Origin: Rhina ancylostomus
Lineage: Eukaryota
Direction of reading: 5' to 3'
NCBI GenBank assembly: GCA_030265395.1
Contig: JARFYF010000050.1
Coordinates: forward strand, 29,913,632-29,977,631
Length of the DNA: 64,000 bases
The translations under genes were made by a program, and so were the position numbers. Position 1 is the stretch's first letter. Each line of letters starts with the position of its first letter. Below are positions 24,746-37,612 of the stretch, piece by piece. The notes beneath the pieces were generated by a model. The model worked only from the letters and a program-made list of their open reading frames with translations. It was not told the origin of the DNA and searched no databases.

Positions 24746-26039
24746 GCACAATTCACAGTGTTCTTTTGTAAGAATGAAACATTGTGCTAGCTTGCAAAGT
24801 TTTATGAACTTCAATTAATTTACAATTACTGAGGTGTAAGTCAGCAATCTAACAGTGTACCTGCATTAAGTGATGCTTTTCAACAAAAGGAAGCCAAATG
24901 CTGAAGTCATCTCACTGGTAAAAGCATTTAAGGAAATGATACTTAATTTAAAAAAATGTTTGAGGTAAGTAACAATACAGTGCCACGATGAATTACTTAT
25001 CAAGTCTGCCTAAAGAAGAATACATGAAGATTAGCTTAAAGTGAACACTATGGTAATATACATAGTGCTCAAAAATTCTGGATCATTCTGTGCAGTCATT
25101 CACCACGATATGCTCAATAGGCAGAAGATGAACTAATAAGCAAAAAATAATGAAATCCCAAATTCCTAACAGGAATAGACATATGTTAAAATTCATTTGG
25201 AGTTCTCACTCTGTACTGTTCCTATCAGAATGGGACACATCCAAGAATTTCTGTACCAAGATGGCATATGCATTAAATCCGTGTATGGAATTAATCCCTG
25301 CAGGAAGAAGCACACCAGGAGGATTAGCTCTGGACTGCAGTAACATAGAGTCAACATGGATATTACAAGCCAAAGGTCCCAATCTTATCTCACAGTGAAT
25401 CCCCTTCCAAATCTACCAGCAATCAAGGTTTTGGTTTTATATTTTAGCTGCATTAAAGCTCAATTATAACACAAGTGTGCAACTTAAACAAGAGTTTAAT
25501 GAATGATAATTTGAGTTGTGAGATGCCTTTGACACAATGGTGCCATTGAATCTTTGATTTCATTCTAATAAGTGATAAAAATCTACTTTCATTCAGATAA
25601 GTCATTGTGAACAGTTTCAAAATCTTGATAGTCATATCTGACCGTAAAGGAGGTTCTGGTTTTGAATCAAAACTCAATGTTGGAAGTCAATGTTGAGCCC
25701 ACCAAAAACTGAGATTTTCTTTTATTGATGGTTCTTATAGCATGGTTATTGCAGAATTTGTGAAAGACGGTGTACCCGGCTATCGTGGTTTTCTATTAAG
25801 ATAAAGTGCCCATATAATTGCTACATCTGCTCAGTCAGCTGGCACTGGATGTCACATTTCTCAGTGTCTTACAACATGTTGTTCATTCATGTTAGGGAGT
25901 CATGCACGTTTGGGAAAATTTCAGCGCAATTTTTCTCCACGATGTGAGCCCAGAATTCCAGCTACTTTATCATTGATTCAATTTTGCTCTGGGCATTAAA
26001 AATATTACACTCAGCCCTTGATTTAGCTCGTTGAGATGA

Positions 26040-26358
26040 GGGGCAGTAGAGTGGTGCAGCTAGTAGAGCCGGTGCTTCACATGTCAGAGACTCGAGTTCG
26101 GTCCTGATCTTCAGAGCTGTCTACATGGAGTTTTCACATTCTCCCTGTGACCACGTGGGTGTTGTACAAGAATGGTAGGTTAACTGGCTCCTGTACATTT
26201 CCCCTTGAGTGTTGGTGATGGCAGAATCTGGGCAAGTTGTTGAGAATGTGTGAAGAGTAAAAAAAAATGGGATTAATGTAGGATTAGTGTAAATGGGTGT
26301 TTGGTGCGGACTCAATGGGCTGAATGGCCCAGTTCTACATTTTATCTCTCTATGACTC
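26040..26358 (+). mobile_element. V-SINE (HE1-like)
   Basis: gtggtgcagctagtagagcc...gagttcggtcctgatct...tail gggctgaatggcccagttctac..tctctatgactc. Confidence 0.85.
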
Positions 26359-26849
26359 AATTGAGGATAGCTTGAAGTTCAAAGAAAAATGCCAAGACAT
26401 TCCCAAATAACAAATATTTAGCCTGTCTATTCACTTCCCACCTCATTACATTAGAATGGAAAATATTCTGGAATTCAAGGCTTGAGCTTTTATCACGTTT
26501 ATCATTTTTGCAGCATTGTCCAGTACCTCCTTCAAATAGATAGGCATGCTTTTGGCAATGGCTGCTTCCCCCTGTATGCTACAATGATTTATGAAGCTGT
26601 ACATCAACTAGAAAATCTCAGCTGTTGTTTTGGAGAGCAACAACTGGTAAAACAACATGCCCTCCTGTATGGCACCTTTGCAAATGCTATATCTACGATT
26701 TAATCCAAGTAAGGAACCAAATCTTGGATGCTAATGATACATACCATTAGTTGTGTTAGGGCATTATTCGCCTTATAATTAATTGGATGTGACATTGATA
26801 ATGATGCTAGATGAATTAATTTTGAGACTCAGTTGTAGGTTTGCAACCA

Positions 26850-27170
26850 CAGTTAGTAAAGCTCCAACACAAATGTCACACTCAGTGTAATACTGAGTAA
26901 TCTGGTTTGATGTGATTCCAGGTTCCATTCCCAAGTTAGATAGAACTAACTGTTCTCAGTAAGATATCAGTAAATGTCCTGCAATTAACTGCACTGCTGG
27001 GAAATGAAAAAAAAATCAGCCAGCTCTGCTACCCTAACCAATGAGTCTGTGATCCCTCTCCAGGATGAGTGACTTATTGAACATTAGGTCCAGGTATGGA
27101 TGTAATACTTTCCAGAGTTGATAGCCAGTGTTCACTATTCCAGATCACAAGCTCGGGCAAGGGACACCAA
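26850..27170 (+). mobile_element. Ancient SINE-like repeat (family uncertain)
   Basis: B-box-like ccaggttccattccc and body aaaatcagccag..., resembling an old chondrichthyan repeat from recall. Confidence 0.4.
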
Positions 27171-28289
27171 CAGCAGTGTACTTTAAATGAGCCAGAGCCT
27201 GCCAGGTGGAATCAAAGGAGTGAACTACAGAATAAAAAATAAAATTCAGAGAATTGCACGTGTAACTATTAGAGATTATCACAAACAAATTTATTCCTGG
27301 TGAATTGCAGAAGGAAGGAGAAAGATGATCCAAGATTGAAGGGCACGCTGGGTGCTTTGTGCTGAGTCTGACTCTGGTGTAGAATTTCCCATGGCAGATG
27401 ATTTTGTTTAAAATCCAAAAGCGAATCTCATAGGCAGATGTCAGGTTGACCGAATGTGCATTGGCTGCATTGAGAGGTGTTGCAGTTAGTGTCCAAAACA
27501 TTTGGGAGTGGTTCTGCTTCATGTTAATCAAACCAGTATGAGGGATGGTACTTCAAGCAATTTTCAGCTCACGGTTAGATATTGTTCATTGTTCATCTCT
27601 AAACAGTTTGTTTTAATTAATTCAAAATAGATCAATGCATTCCTCCAATACTAGGATCTTATGTTTGTTTTACAAGTTCACTGAGAATATGAATCAATGT
27701 AAACTTAGAAGCTCACATTTCCAAATTACCATTATTAATTAATAGGTTACCACCTACTTCTCTTTCTCTACTTCTGTAAAATCTACAGGACTTTTGAATC
27801 TGGTGAGACTTGCCAATATGTTTATTGGGGAAAGACAATTAGACACCATAGGACATGGCAGGAGTTAGGAGATGTGTTAGAAGTGATGGTTGTAAAGGCA
27901 GGATGTGGGGTAAGTGGGATCTGATAAACTGATATTTTATTAACTCTTTAGAAGCACTGCAATCTTCTTTTGACTGAGAAATTACAGTCTCTATTCTTCT
28001 GACTCCAACCTCGTGTAGCTCCCACTCATCCCCTCTACCAACTTCAGCTATTATACCTTTGAAAGTCCCCTACGAAAGGCTTTTGTCATTGGACATCTCT
28101 TCCCACTGTCAACCAGCTCCATAGAACATACCACGTCAGTTTTACCTTTGGTTAACTCCCTCAACTCCTCCATGTTCTACTGTGTCTTTCTTTCTCTTCT
28201 TCATAAAACATCTTGGGATGTCTGTCCACACTTTAAAATTGGCATTAGTAGAGGGATAGGTATTATCTCCCATCCCTTTGCTCATTGCT

Positions 28290-28480
28290 GAAACACAACA
28301 TTGGACTATTCATATACATCTGGCCAAGCAGGCTTGGCACCAGATTAACAGCCTGTTTGAAAGATGGCATGCATGGCAATGCAGCACTCCTTCATTCCAA
28401 CACGCAAGTGTCAGTCTAGATAATGTGCTGCCAAATACTCTGACACAGCTGGAACCAACTCAGGTAACTAACAGAGGATG
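28290..28480 (-). mobile_element. Deu-domain SINE remnant (SacSINE1/AmnSINE-like)
   Basis: gcagcactccttca...agtgtcagtctagataatgtgct, shared with 30865-31055 and 47690-47960. Confidence 0.6.
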
Positions 28481-30104
28481 TGCTTGCAATCTATCAAAAA
28501 AGATTTTGCAGCACATAAAATTAGGATGAAAATTTCTGCTTTAATGCCAGATGCAGTCCAAAAGAAAACAATTCTAGCAGTCAAATTCCTCCCCTGCATT
28601 CAGTCATACTGGTTAACGAAAGTCGTATCTTGAGTTTTTAAAAAACTAATTGTGTAATAATTTGAATAATCAAATAGCTTGTCAATTTATTCCAAAGAAA
28701 ACAGAATCAGTGGATAACTTAAATTAAGCTGCTATGAATTATATGATTGTTGACCACAAATGTTGTGACATTGCTCTTTATGAGTTTATCTGATGTTCCA
28801 AATAATACTTTGATACACAGAAATGAAACTTGTGCTCAGAAATTTTCTTCATTTCTACATTCATCGTTGACATAGCAGCTGTTGATAATCAACAACATGT
28901 TCAAGATTTTACTTCAGTCTCAACTGCCTTTTACATCAAGGTCATTTTGACTTCCCAAAATCCAACAGTGAGCAAATCTCTGATGCCCCATTACTCCAAA
29001 ACAACAAAACAAATAATGAATCATGTCTCAGTGTGCAGATAGCCGCACTTGAAAAAATTCAGAGGAATTTAACTTTCAGTCCTTGCAGTTCTACTGGGGA
29101 CTGCCTAATTCTTTGCAACAGGTGGAGAAGAGCTTGTTTATTCATTAGCAGACTAGCCTGTCTACTATTTCAAAGGTCATTATCTGAGTTCACAGAGATG
29201 CTTGACCATCACTTCAAAGCAATGACTTCAGGGTATGGTTCGTATTGCGGTGGTCACCTGTGTTTCCCACTCATCAGCCTTTTACCCCAAGGACCACTCT
29301 CATATGTTGAACTTTGCTAATAGATTGATTTCTTTATTGCTTCACCAAGAAAGTGCTGCACCTTTGGGTCTGGCATGTTTCAAATGGCTCACTAAATCTC
29401 TTATGCAGATACAGTAAGAACCATGACCCTATTTTGAAGAAAAAAAAGTGGCACCAGAATAAAATGGAGAATGATAAATATGGAACTGCAATGATTGCAA
29501 TTGTCACAGTTGCAGGGAAATAAGCAACAGAGGAACAATGTTTAAAGATAGATGCCTTACAATTGCAACACACCCATTGGATTGCCCCCCGAATGATGCT
29601 TCAGTCATTGCAAATCCAGTGAAAACTTCTCAAAGCCTTGGGTACAATACACAGAGTGTTGCACAGTTTCAGAGACAACAATTTTCCACGTCATCTTTTT
29701 TGTCTCTGGATATTACTAGCTCGGGCTTAATTGGGCTTTTGCTGTGGGAGGAAAAGGGTGTGTCACCAGAGTCTTTTGTTGGGGGAAGGACTGGAAGTTG
29801 GTATTTGTATGGTCCCATATGTTGATTCCTTATCTCTAGCCTGATTTGATTCCCTGCTTGGAGCTCGGATGCTTTTAGTTTCCCTTTATTAAAAAAAATT
29901 GTATTTTATTTGTAAAGTTCTCCTGCAAATTCATGCATAGCCCAGAACAAGAGGGAACTCCATTTAAGGAGCACGTCACAAAAGCTTGACACATCGTGAG
30001 CCATGCTGCAGCCAGTGGAAGTATTTTTGAAGTATAGTCATGGTTTGATGAAGCAGCAGATAATTTGCACACAACAGATTCTTTGGTCAGCATCTGGTAA
30101 CGAC

Positions 30105-30801
30105 CAGATTACACATTTTAGTGAAATGAAAACAGAAATTGCCCAGCAGGTCAGGCAACATCCCTGGAGAGAGAATCAAATTCAATGACTTTTTGTCAGA
30201 ACTGGAAAAGGAAGAAAATATTTTAAGCTGCAGAGAGGGGGAGAGATGGAGAGAACAGATGGAATGTTTGAGATGGGCTAAGACCACAACTGGACAGGTG
30301 ACACAATTACAGTGCGGTGAAGGTAACTATAATTGATCTATTCGAAGGAGCGTACATGGGGAGAGAGGGATGAGGCCAGTTAGAGAACAAAAACAAATAA
30401 TGTGCTGGAAGCATGACAGACAGGACACAGCAGTTGCTGGAAATCTGAAGTAAAAGAGAATACCCTGCAGATCATGTCCCAGCTATGGCAAGACAAAAAC
30501 TAAATAAATGTTACAGCGGATGACTTGGTGAGGAGAGGTTGATGATCTGAAAATGGTGAATTCAATATCAAGACCTGGGGGCTGTTATGCGCCTGGATGG
30601 AAGCAGGGGTGTTGTTTCTTGAGCTTGTGTAGGCTTCATTGGAACAGTTCCAGAGGAGAGAGCCTGAGCGGTCAGGGTGGGAATGGGATGGAGAATTTAA
30701 AATGACAAGTAATGGAAAACTCAGGGTCACCCTTGCAGAATGAACAGAAATGTTCTGCAAAGCAGTCACCTAAATCTGCATTTGGTTTCTCCAGTGTAGA
30801 G
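30105..30801 (-). mobile_element. Penelope-like element 3' fragment (GIY-YIG endonuclease remnant + terminal repeat)
   Basis: Reverse strand reads LYTGETKCR (cf. LYIGETKR), NSPSHSH and PPGLDIEF-like segments. Ends in the same cagcaggtcaggcaacatc arm as the fold-back elements. Confidence 0.8.
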
Positions 30802-30864
30802 GCTTTTGTGACATTGGTTGAGATAAATACAGACTAGGTAGATTGTTTCTGTTTCTCATATCCA

Positions 30865-31055
30865 CCCATGGGATCTTCTGTGTCCAACTAAGAACACAGA
30901 GGGCTCATATTGAAAAGTCTGCATCTCTGATAGTGCAGCACTCCTGATCTCTGCCGTGCTGTCAGCCTGGATTTAGTGCCTGCGTTTCTTTTGTGGGATG
31001 TGAACACAATCTTTTGGCTCACAGGCAAATGTGCTCTGTATTAAAGCCACGGCTG
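30865..31055 (-). mobile_element. Deu-domain SINE
   Basis: catgggatcttctgtgtcca...ctctgatagtgcagcactcc...gtcagcctggattt plus reverse tRNA-like head. Confidence 0.7.
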
Positions 31056-33644
31056 GAATAGTAGAAACTTGCTTCTGTCATTGACTACTAAAAATGTACT
31101 TGGTATCAGATTAGAAACATGGTATTCTGTGACTTTGGAGCACAGCTGAAACATGCTTTCAAATTAATCCGAAAGTTTTACTTGACTGATATGTGATCAT
31201 AAAATGTTTCCCTTTATCCCCATTCAGATGTTGCTCTTGATTAAGAGCATAGCATCTTGCAAATCTTCCCTGTGTGCTTAATGCTTTAAACCCCAAGAGG
31301 GCACTGCCAACAGTCAAAACTTTCCAGAGAGGATTCTTTGTTGAGTTTCATTTTCTTTTGTGCATGAACTGCACTCTGTCCTGTTGAGTGGGAGTGTCCA
31401 GGCATTCATTTATTTAGATTGTGTATCATGCCAAATATGCTGCCAGTATTTCCGACTGTCAGTTTAAGAATCTGCACACCAAAACTCCTCCCCTGAACTA
31501 TATGGAAAAATGTGAATTGCTTGAACTCCCTCAGTAAACTGCCTGCTTGGTGCAGCCAAGAGAGCAACTGTGGCATGCATATCACATTTGTACATTTATT
31601 TCTTGTGGTCTTTTGCAACCCCATTACATAATTGGTTCAATTGGTATAAATGTGAGGGAGAAAAAGATAAAGAAGTGTAAATACCTTCCTCTGTGCTATG
31701 TTGATGATGTATAATTACTGTGTAATTGTTATCTAGTTATTTTCCTGCCTCTTTGATTACTGGATTAATTGTCTGGTTTAAATTATGCTGCTGTGTTCAA
31801 CTGTTTCTTGTGGGCCATAAACTACCTGTGTTGATCTTGTAGAGAACTGAAGTCTTTGAAGTGTTCGGTTGCACAGTCAAATAAATAATTAAAAGTAGGA
31901 AGATAGCAGTGTTAAATCTTAATTACACCAGTTGTGACGGAGAGAAGATAAAGACAGAATGTCAATCCAGCTAATATTGCACTACAGACAGTGAGGAGAG
32001 CTGATGTGGTGAGAAGAATCAAGCTTACTTTGTTGCTGTTAGGTAAGATTGGTATGTGCACAAAGGGTCAAAATAGTGATGTTGAGAAATTGGAATCACT
32101 GCTTTCTATTTCTGGTGTGCGTTGTGGACCTCCAGAGCTCTGAAATGATGACCATAGTAATGAGTACAGATGTTTGTGGAACATATCTCACAGGGTGCCT
32201 CATTGGTGAACATCCACTGGAATTATTCTAAACTGGTTTCAACCAGCACTCATTTTGAAGGTCAGTGCTCTAGTTTAACATCCCCTGTTAATCTTGAATA
32301 GCTGCAGGATAAACCCCAATTCCTACCCCTCCACCTTCCCTAATTATTGCACAAACAGGGATAATAAGAATGATCAAACATTTACAAGTTACCTTCCATT
32401 TGATTTTGAGATCTACAAGTGTTTGGTACTTGTTTTGTGTTGCAAAGCAGTGAAGTTGTGATACAGAATTTATTGATGTCTTGTTAACTTCAAGTCTTTT
32501 GCACAGACTAGTTGTTCACAGAAATGGGTGCATTGGTTAGCATTCCACAAGAATATGATATGACTGGGGAATAAGCAGAGGACAAGCGATCAAGAGGAGG
32601 CAGGAGGGGTCCCAAGGAGATGCCATATTCACCCCAAGGATTCAGGGGGAAATTCCTTGACCCTATATCAAAACTGAAAAGGAAAAGATTCTACTTCTGC
32701 AGCTTCCCCCTGAGATGTTATCAGACCTGACAAACGTGTTCAGCACATAGCAGTCATGATGTTTTGATCTGATGGCAGTGTCCTGTGCCAGCTGTAATTG
32801 AGCAACCAAACCAAGCCAGGGCAGCAGAGCCTGTCCTCTGTTGATATGGTTGATGATTTCACCAATCAGGCATCAAGTGCACAGCAAATGCACAGTGAAA
32901 GCTGTGCTGCCAAAAGTAAGGCAAAGGGACGCATCAGCATGATAAAACAACACTTGTATTGCCTGGGCTGCTCCTGACCAGTGTTTAANNNNNNNNNNNN
33001 NNNNNNNNNNNNNNNNNNNNNNNNNNNNNNNNNNNNNNNNNNNNNNNNNNNNNNNNNNNNNNNNNNNNNNNNNNNNNNNNNNNNNNNNGGGCTGGTGTCA
33101 GGGTTCACGGTGGTCTGCTGCATGTTGCCTAATCTCAATATTATGAGGGGACAGCCTTTTCACCAACATTTGGTGAGAAAGAGGAAGGAGTAGGAGGGAG
33201 TGCAGAGGCAGTCAAGACATCTCCTTTCTGCCACACTGTGAATAACACCTCCAATTACAATACTGCAATTACATCATCAATTCCCCTCTCACCAACAGGG
33301 AATAGTATTGCAACGCAGCAGACCACTCCTCTGTTACTCAAAAGGCAAATCAAAGCCAAACATTTCAAACAAAATCTTTAAATAAATTTAATGTCATCTA
33401 ATCACTTTTATTCTAGTCTTCTGTATCTGTCTTCATTTTGCTACACAATGCCCCACAAGGCTGGTTGAAGGTCATTGATTCTTATTGAACAATACTGGAC
33501 GTGTCTACAGAGGACAACCTCAAGCTGCTCTGTACCTAGGAGCCCTAGTTCCAGAGCAAACAATTTCAGAACTGAGCAGTTGCAGTCCAGATAACAGTAA
33601 GACCATTGACAGGACTTCAGGGTGAAAGGCCACATGCCATCAAA

Positions 33645-33770
33645 GCAACTCAGCAGGCCAGGCAGCATCCGTGGAGAGCATTCTGGATGCTGACTGACCT
33701 GCTGAGTTCCTCCAGCATCATAGTGTTTTTCATCTAGATTCCAGAATCTGCAGCCCTTTGCTTCTCTCGG
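33645..33770. mobile_element. Penelope-derived fold-back element (compact)
   Basis: aactcagcaggccaggcagcatcc / ggatgctgactgacctgctgagtt. The right arm is the reverse complement of 3730-3790. Confidence 0.8.
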
Positions 33771-34267
33771 ACACATGCCATCGTTTTATGAGGCTCATAC
33801 TCCATGGAGCCACTGTTAACTGTCTAGGCAAGCAATTTAGTAATCTGTTAGAGTTATGATTGCTGCATTACCTTTGCACAATGTACACTTTAGCCATAAA
33901 GCATCAGCATGGACAAGCACAGCAACAACCTTGTTGTTCTCAGTTCAGCACTTGGGTGATGATTGGTTACTATTTGAAGATGCTCAGGTTGTAAAATCTT
34001 CTTAAATGTGTCTTTGATCAGATTCATTTTCTGATAACAAAGGCTACATCCACCACATGCTGGAAAGGTAGGCTTCAAGCTCTCAGCAAAGCCTTGGACT
34101 TTATCATGCTCTTTGACATTAAATCCAGGCTTTCCATAAAGGTTTTACTGTGCATTCTTCTGTAAGCTGTCCCAACAAAGGCATTCTCCACAGTGCTTCT
34201 GTACAGCCTCACTCTTTGATTCCCATGCCTTCAACGTCCATGTCTCCTGATCTGGCAGTGGGCCAGT

Positions 34268-34505
34268 CATTGGTATTGGTTTATTATTGTCACACATACC
34301 AAGATACAGTGAAAAGCCTTTGTTTGCATGCCATCCAGGCAGATCAAGCCATACATAATTGCATCAGGGTAGTGAAAAGAAAACAGAATGCCGAANNNNN
34401 NNNNNCAGTAGAGGACAGGTAAGCACATACAGTGCAAGGGCCACAACAAGGTAAATTGGGAGATCAGGAGTTCATCTTTAGCATTTGAGAGGTCCATTCA
34501 AGAGT
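34268..34505 (-). mobile_element. Rex1/Babar-like LINE 3' tail
   Basis: attggtattggtttattattgtcac..., same family as 37326-37612. Confidence 0.7.
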
Positions 34506-36174
34506 CCGCTTTCTTATGTCTTATGATAGGCAAATCCCAACTATAAATTGCATGTTGTGTCAGTATCTGAGCTCTCCATTGCAAGTGTAAAATTGAGATG
34601 ATGAGTCATCTGAAGTCCTTTTCCAGTTCCTTCATTATCTGATCAGTATACATTTCTTGGCTATTTGACACAGAAATAACAAGAATAACAGTTTTGTGCT
34701 ATCTGCTGCTTGCCAATCAGAAAAGAGGGCAGATTGTGAAGAAATATTAGCAGGGAGATTACCTCAATCATCTGTTTTTTCATAATCACTGCTGTTTTAA
34801 TCACCGTGTGAACAATGGCCATTCCAATGATGACCAACTCTGTTTCCTCCATGGAGTTTAGGTCATTGAACTCTGCTGTCTCTTGGTACGTGAGACTTTA
34901 TCCTGCATGTGAGAGGATGTGTATAGTTATGTATTGCGCAGTGTATTAAGGGGATATGGCTATCATAGTTGAGTAGCTGGCGGTGTGTAAAAGCTACACT
35001 AGATTTGCGGCAGCACTGGTTGTGTAAGGAAGCAATGGGGCACATGAGTGTTTGATGTGAATTCTGATTGATAGAAGTAGTCCGTTGCTGAGTGATTGGG
35101 ATGTAGTGAATTGAGTCTCTGCGCTGCGAATACAGTTGGTAATACATAGCGTTTGAATGTACCACTCTCTAACTCTGACCACTCACAAGAGGTCAATTAA
35201 CTTCTTGCAGCAGCTTGCATTCAAGTCTTGATGTCTGGCTATAACTGACATGACTCTCTGCTCCAAATAATGTCTCACTGATAGCTTGAAGGATCTCGTT
35301 TCCCATAAAAGTCAGGATGTACTATCTCCACAATGACTCCAGGGCAGAGTCCAAAAATTGAGGAGTGCATTCGCTCTCATTTTATACCTTTTTTTCAGTC
35401 CTTCTCAAATAGGATTTACTTTCTGCATGACTGTCATTACTGGCTTCAACCACAATGGCTCTCTTTAGAGGCAAGCTAGTATTAATTAGTGAAAACTAGC
35501 TTAAACTGATATGAACCACTCAAGTTAGTGGTCTTCACTGATGCAGCCAGCCTGATAACATTGCAGTTAAAACTAGATGGGTGCTGTAATGGGGAGATCA
35601 AGAGTTCTTTAGCAGTTGAGAGGCCCATTCAAGAGTCTGCTTTCTTATTTCTTATGACGGACAGATCCCAACTCTAAAAGTAGTTGAGTCAACAAGAACA
35701 GTCTATGTCATCGCTCGGCAGGACCACAAACCTTAATCAGGTAACCTGCTTTGCAATCAAAATATGCATGTTAATTGTGCATTTCAGTCCCTTCCTCTAC
35801 TTTTATGTGGTATCCAATTTATGCACTACAATTGCAGAGACACTTTTGAAGTTGTTACTCAGAGGCAATGAAAACTCCTTGTAAAAATAAATACACCAAT
35901 ATCAGACCACTGCATGGGTATTCTGTCCGGAGTAAGGATTGGACATGAAGATTTGAAATACTTGGGTGCCTAAAAATACGCACATAAAGTGTTTATATAT
36001 CAAAAATGCCAAGATTATGGTTCACAGGAGAGTCTTCCCTTTAATACAATTCCTGACCCAAACTAAAAGTTAGCAGAAACATATTTTTGTGTCTGGCCAA
36101 AAAAACATATTCACATTAATGCAATAATTGCACTCAATATTGGTTTGCTTTCTGGATATTTACACAAACCACAG

Positions 36175-36338
36175 GGGGAATTGACTTAAATCATTATTAA
36201 TCAAAATGATTCTACACTATTTAAATTTAATCCAATCTGAATTAAGTTGTGTAAAGTAATTCAAAGTTGTTTAGTTTGGATTAAATTCAAATTAAATTAA
36301 AAATGTAGTTTGATACTTTAATTAATTCTGATCCACTG
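36175..36338. repeat. AT-rich palindrome, probable ancient MITE
   Basis: aatttaatccaa (36224-36235) / ttggattaaatt (36276-36287) is a perfect inverted pair, with outer ctaca/tgtag. Confidence 0.5.
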
Positions 36339-37325
36339 AGGTTTTATTCGTATAGATGAGCTAACCTAACAAACTGCTTTATTGGCAGAGAGTTTAAAAT
36401 TTTCAGTCTACAATGCCTTTTCCTTGCAAGTATAGCATGTGTGTGCATCTGTTTCTTATTACAGTTTTTTTTCAGGACAGACGAAAAGACCAATATGTAA
36501 TGCCGTAGATAATTACACAACATAGGATTGGCTTTGGCATTCACATTTTTGTGGACTACATCATGAATCGGCACAACATGCCTAATGGTTTTTGGAATCT
36601 GCTAAACTTTAACAGCTATTAATATCATCTACCTTGAAATATTTATTATCACTGAATAACATATCTCAATTTATACAGATAAAATCTTTTGAATTATAAC
36701 ACCTGAACACTTAGATAAAATGAATTATAAATCACTGATATCACTGGCAATGTAGCATAAATGGCTCATGCAAATTGGCTCTCCATGATGTGTGCATTAG
36801 ACACGTGTAGCTTTTGTGAAGTGACGTGATTATGAAGGCTGTTAAAGGAACCCTATTATGTGAAGCTTGCAACCTCGACTTTTCCTTCTGGTCTCCAGAA
36901 CTTCCTACCTCTTAATGAAAAGCCATACAAGGCAAAAGAGCAGGTGGTCAAAAACAAGAGCACCACCTGCTCGAACCATTGATCATTACCTTCACTGAGG
37001 AGTAAGTAAATACCAGGTATGATGGTAGTGCTCTGCTTCTCCACTGCAGGGTGAGTTAATTCCTTTGCACCTTGTTCCTGACGTGAAGCCTGATGTCATT
37101 AGCACCACTCTAACAGAAAGAGGATATTAGTCTCACTGTTCGGCTCAAGAGTAATCAAGGCCAGATTTAAAGCTTCATCCAACAGAGCCTCTCTCCATAC
37201 CAGATGCCATTTGAGACAGATGCTACTCTTGATTCCAGGTCCTACTCAAATCTCATCCCTCTACACAGAACAGACCGATTGTCCATCCCAAATGACTTCA
37301 TGGAAAGTTTGAACAAAATTGTTAC

Positions 37326-37612
37326 TGGTATTTGGTATTGGTATTGGTTTATTATTGTCACTTATACCAAGGTACAGTGAAAAACTTGTCTTGCATANNN
37401 NNNNNNNNNNNNNNNNNNNNNNNNNNNNNNNNNNGGCTTAGTACAGATGTAGTACAGGTAAAAGCCATAACAGTACAGAGTAAAGTGTCACAGGTACAGA
37501 GAAAGTGCAGTGCAATAAGGTGGAAGGTCACAACAAGGTAGATCGTTAGGTCAGAGTCCATCTCATCGTATAAGGGAACTATTCAAAGGTCTTATCACAG
37601 TGGGGTAGAATT
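37326..37612 (-). mobile_element. Rex1/Babar-like LINE 3' tail
   Basis: Near-identical reverse complement of 5620-5811 with (ATTGGT)n end. Confidence 0.75.
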
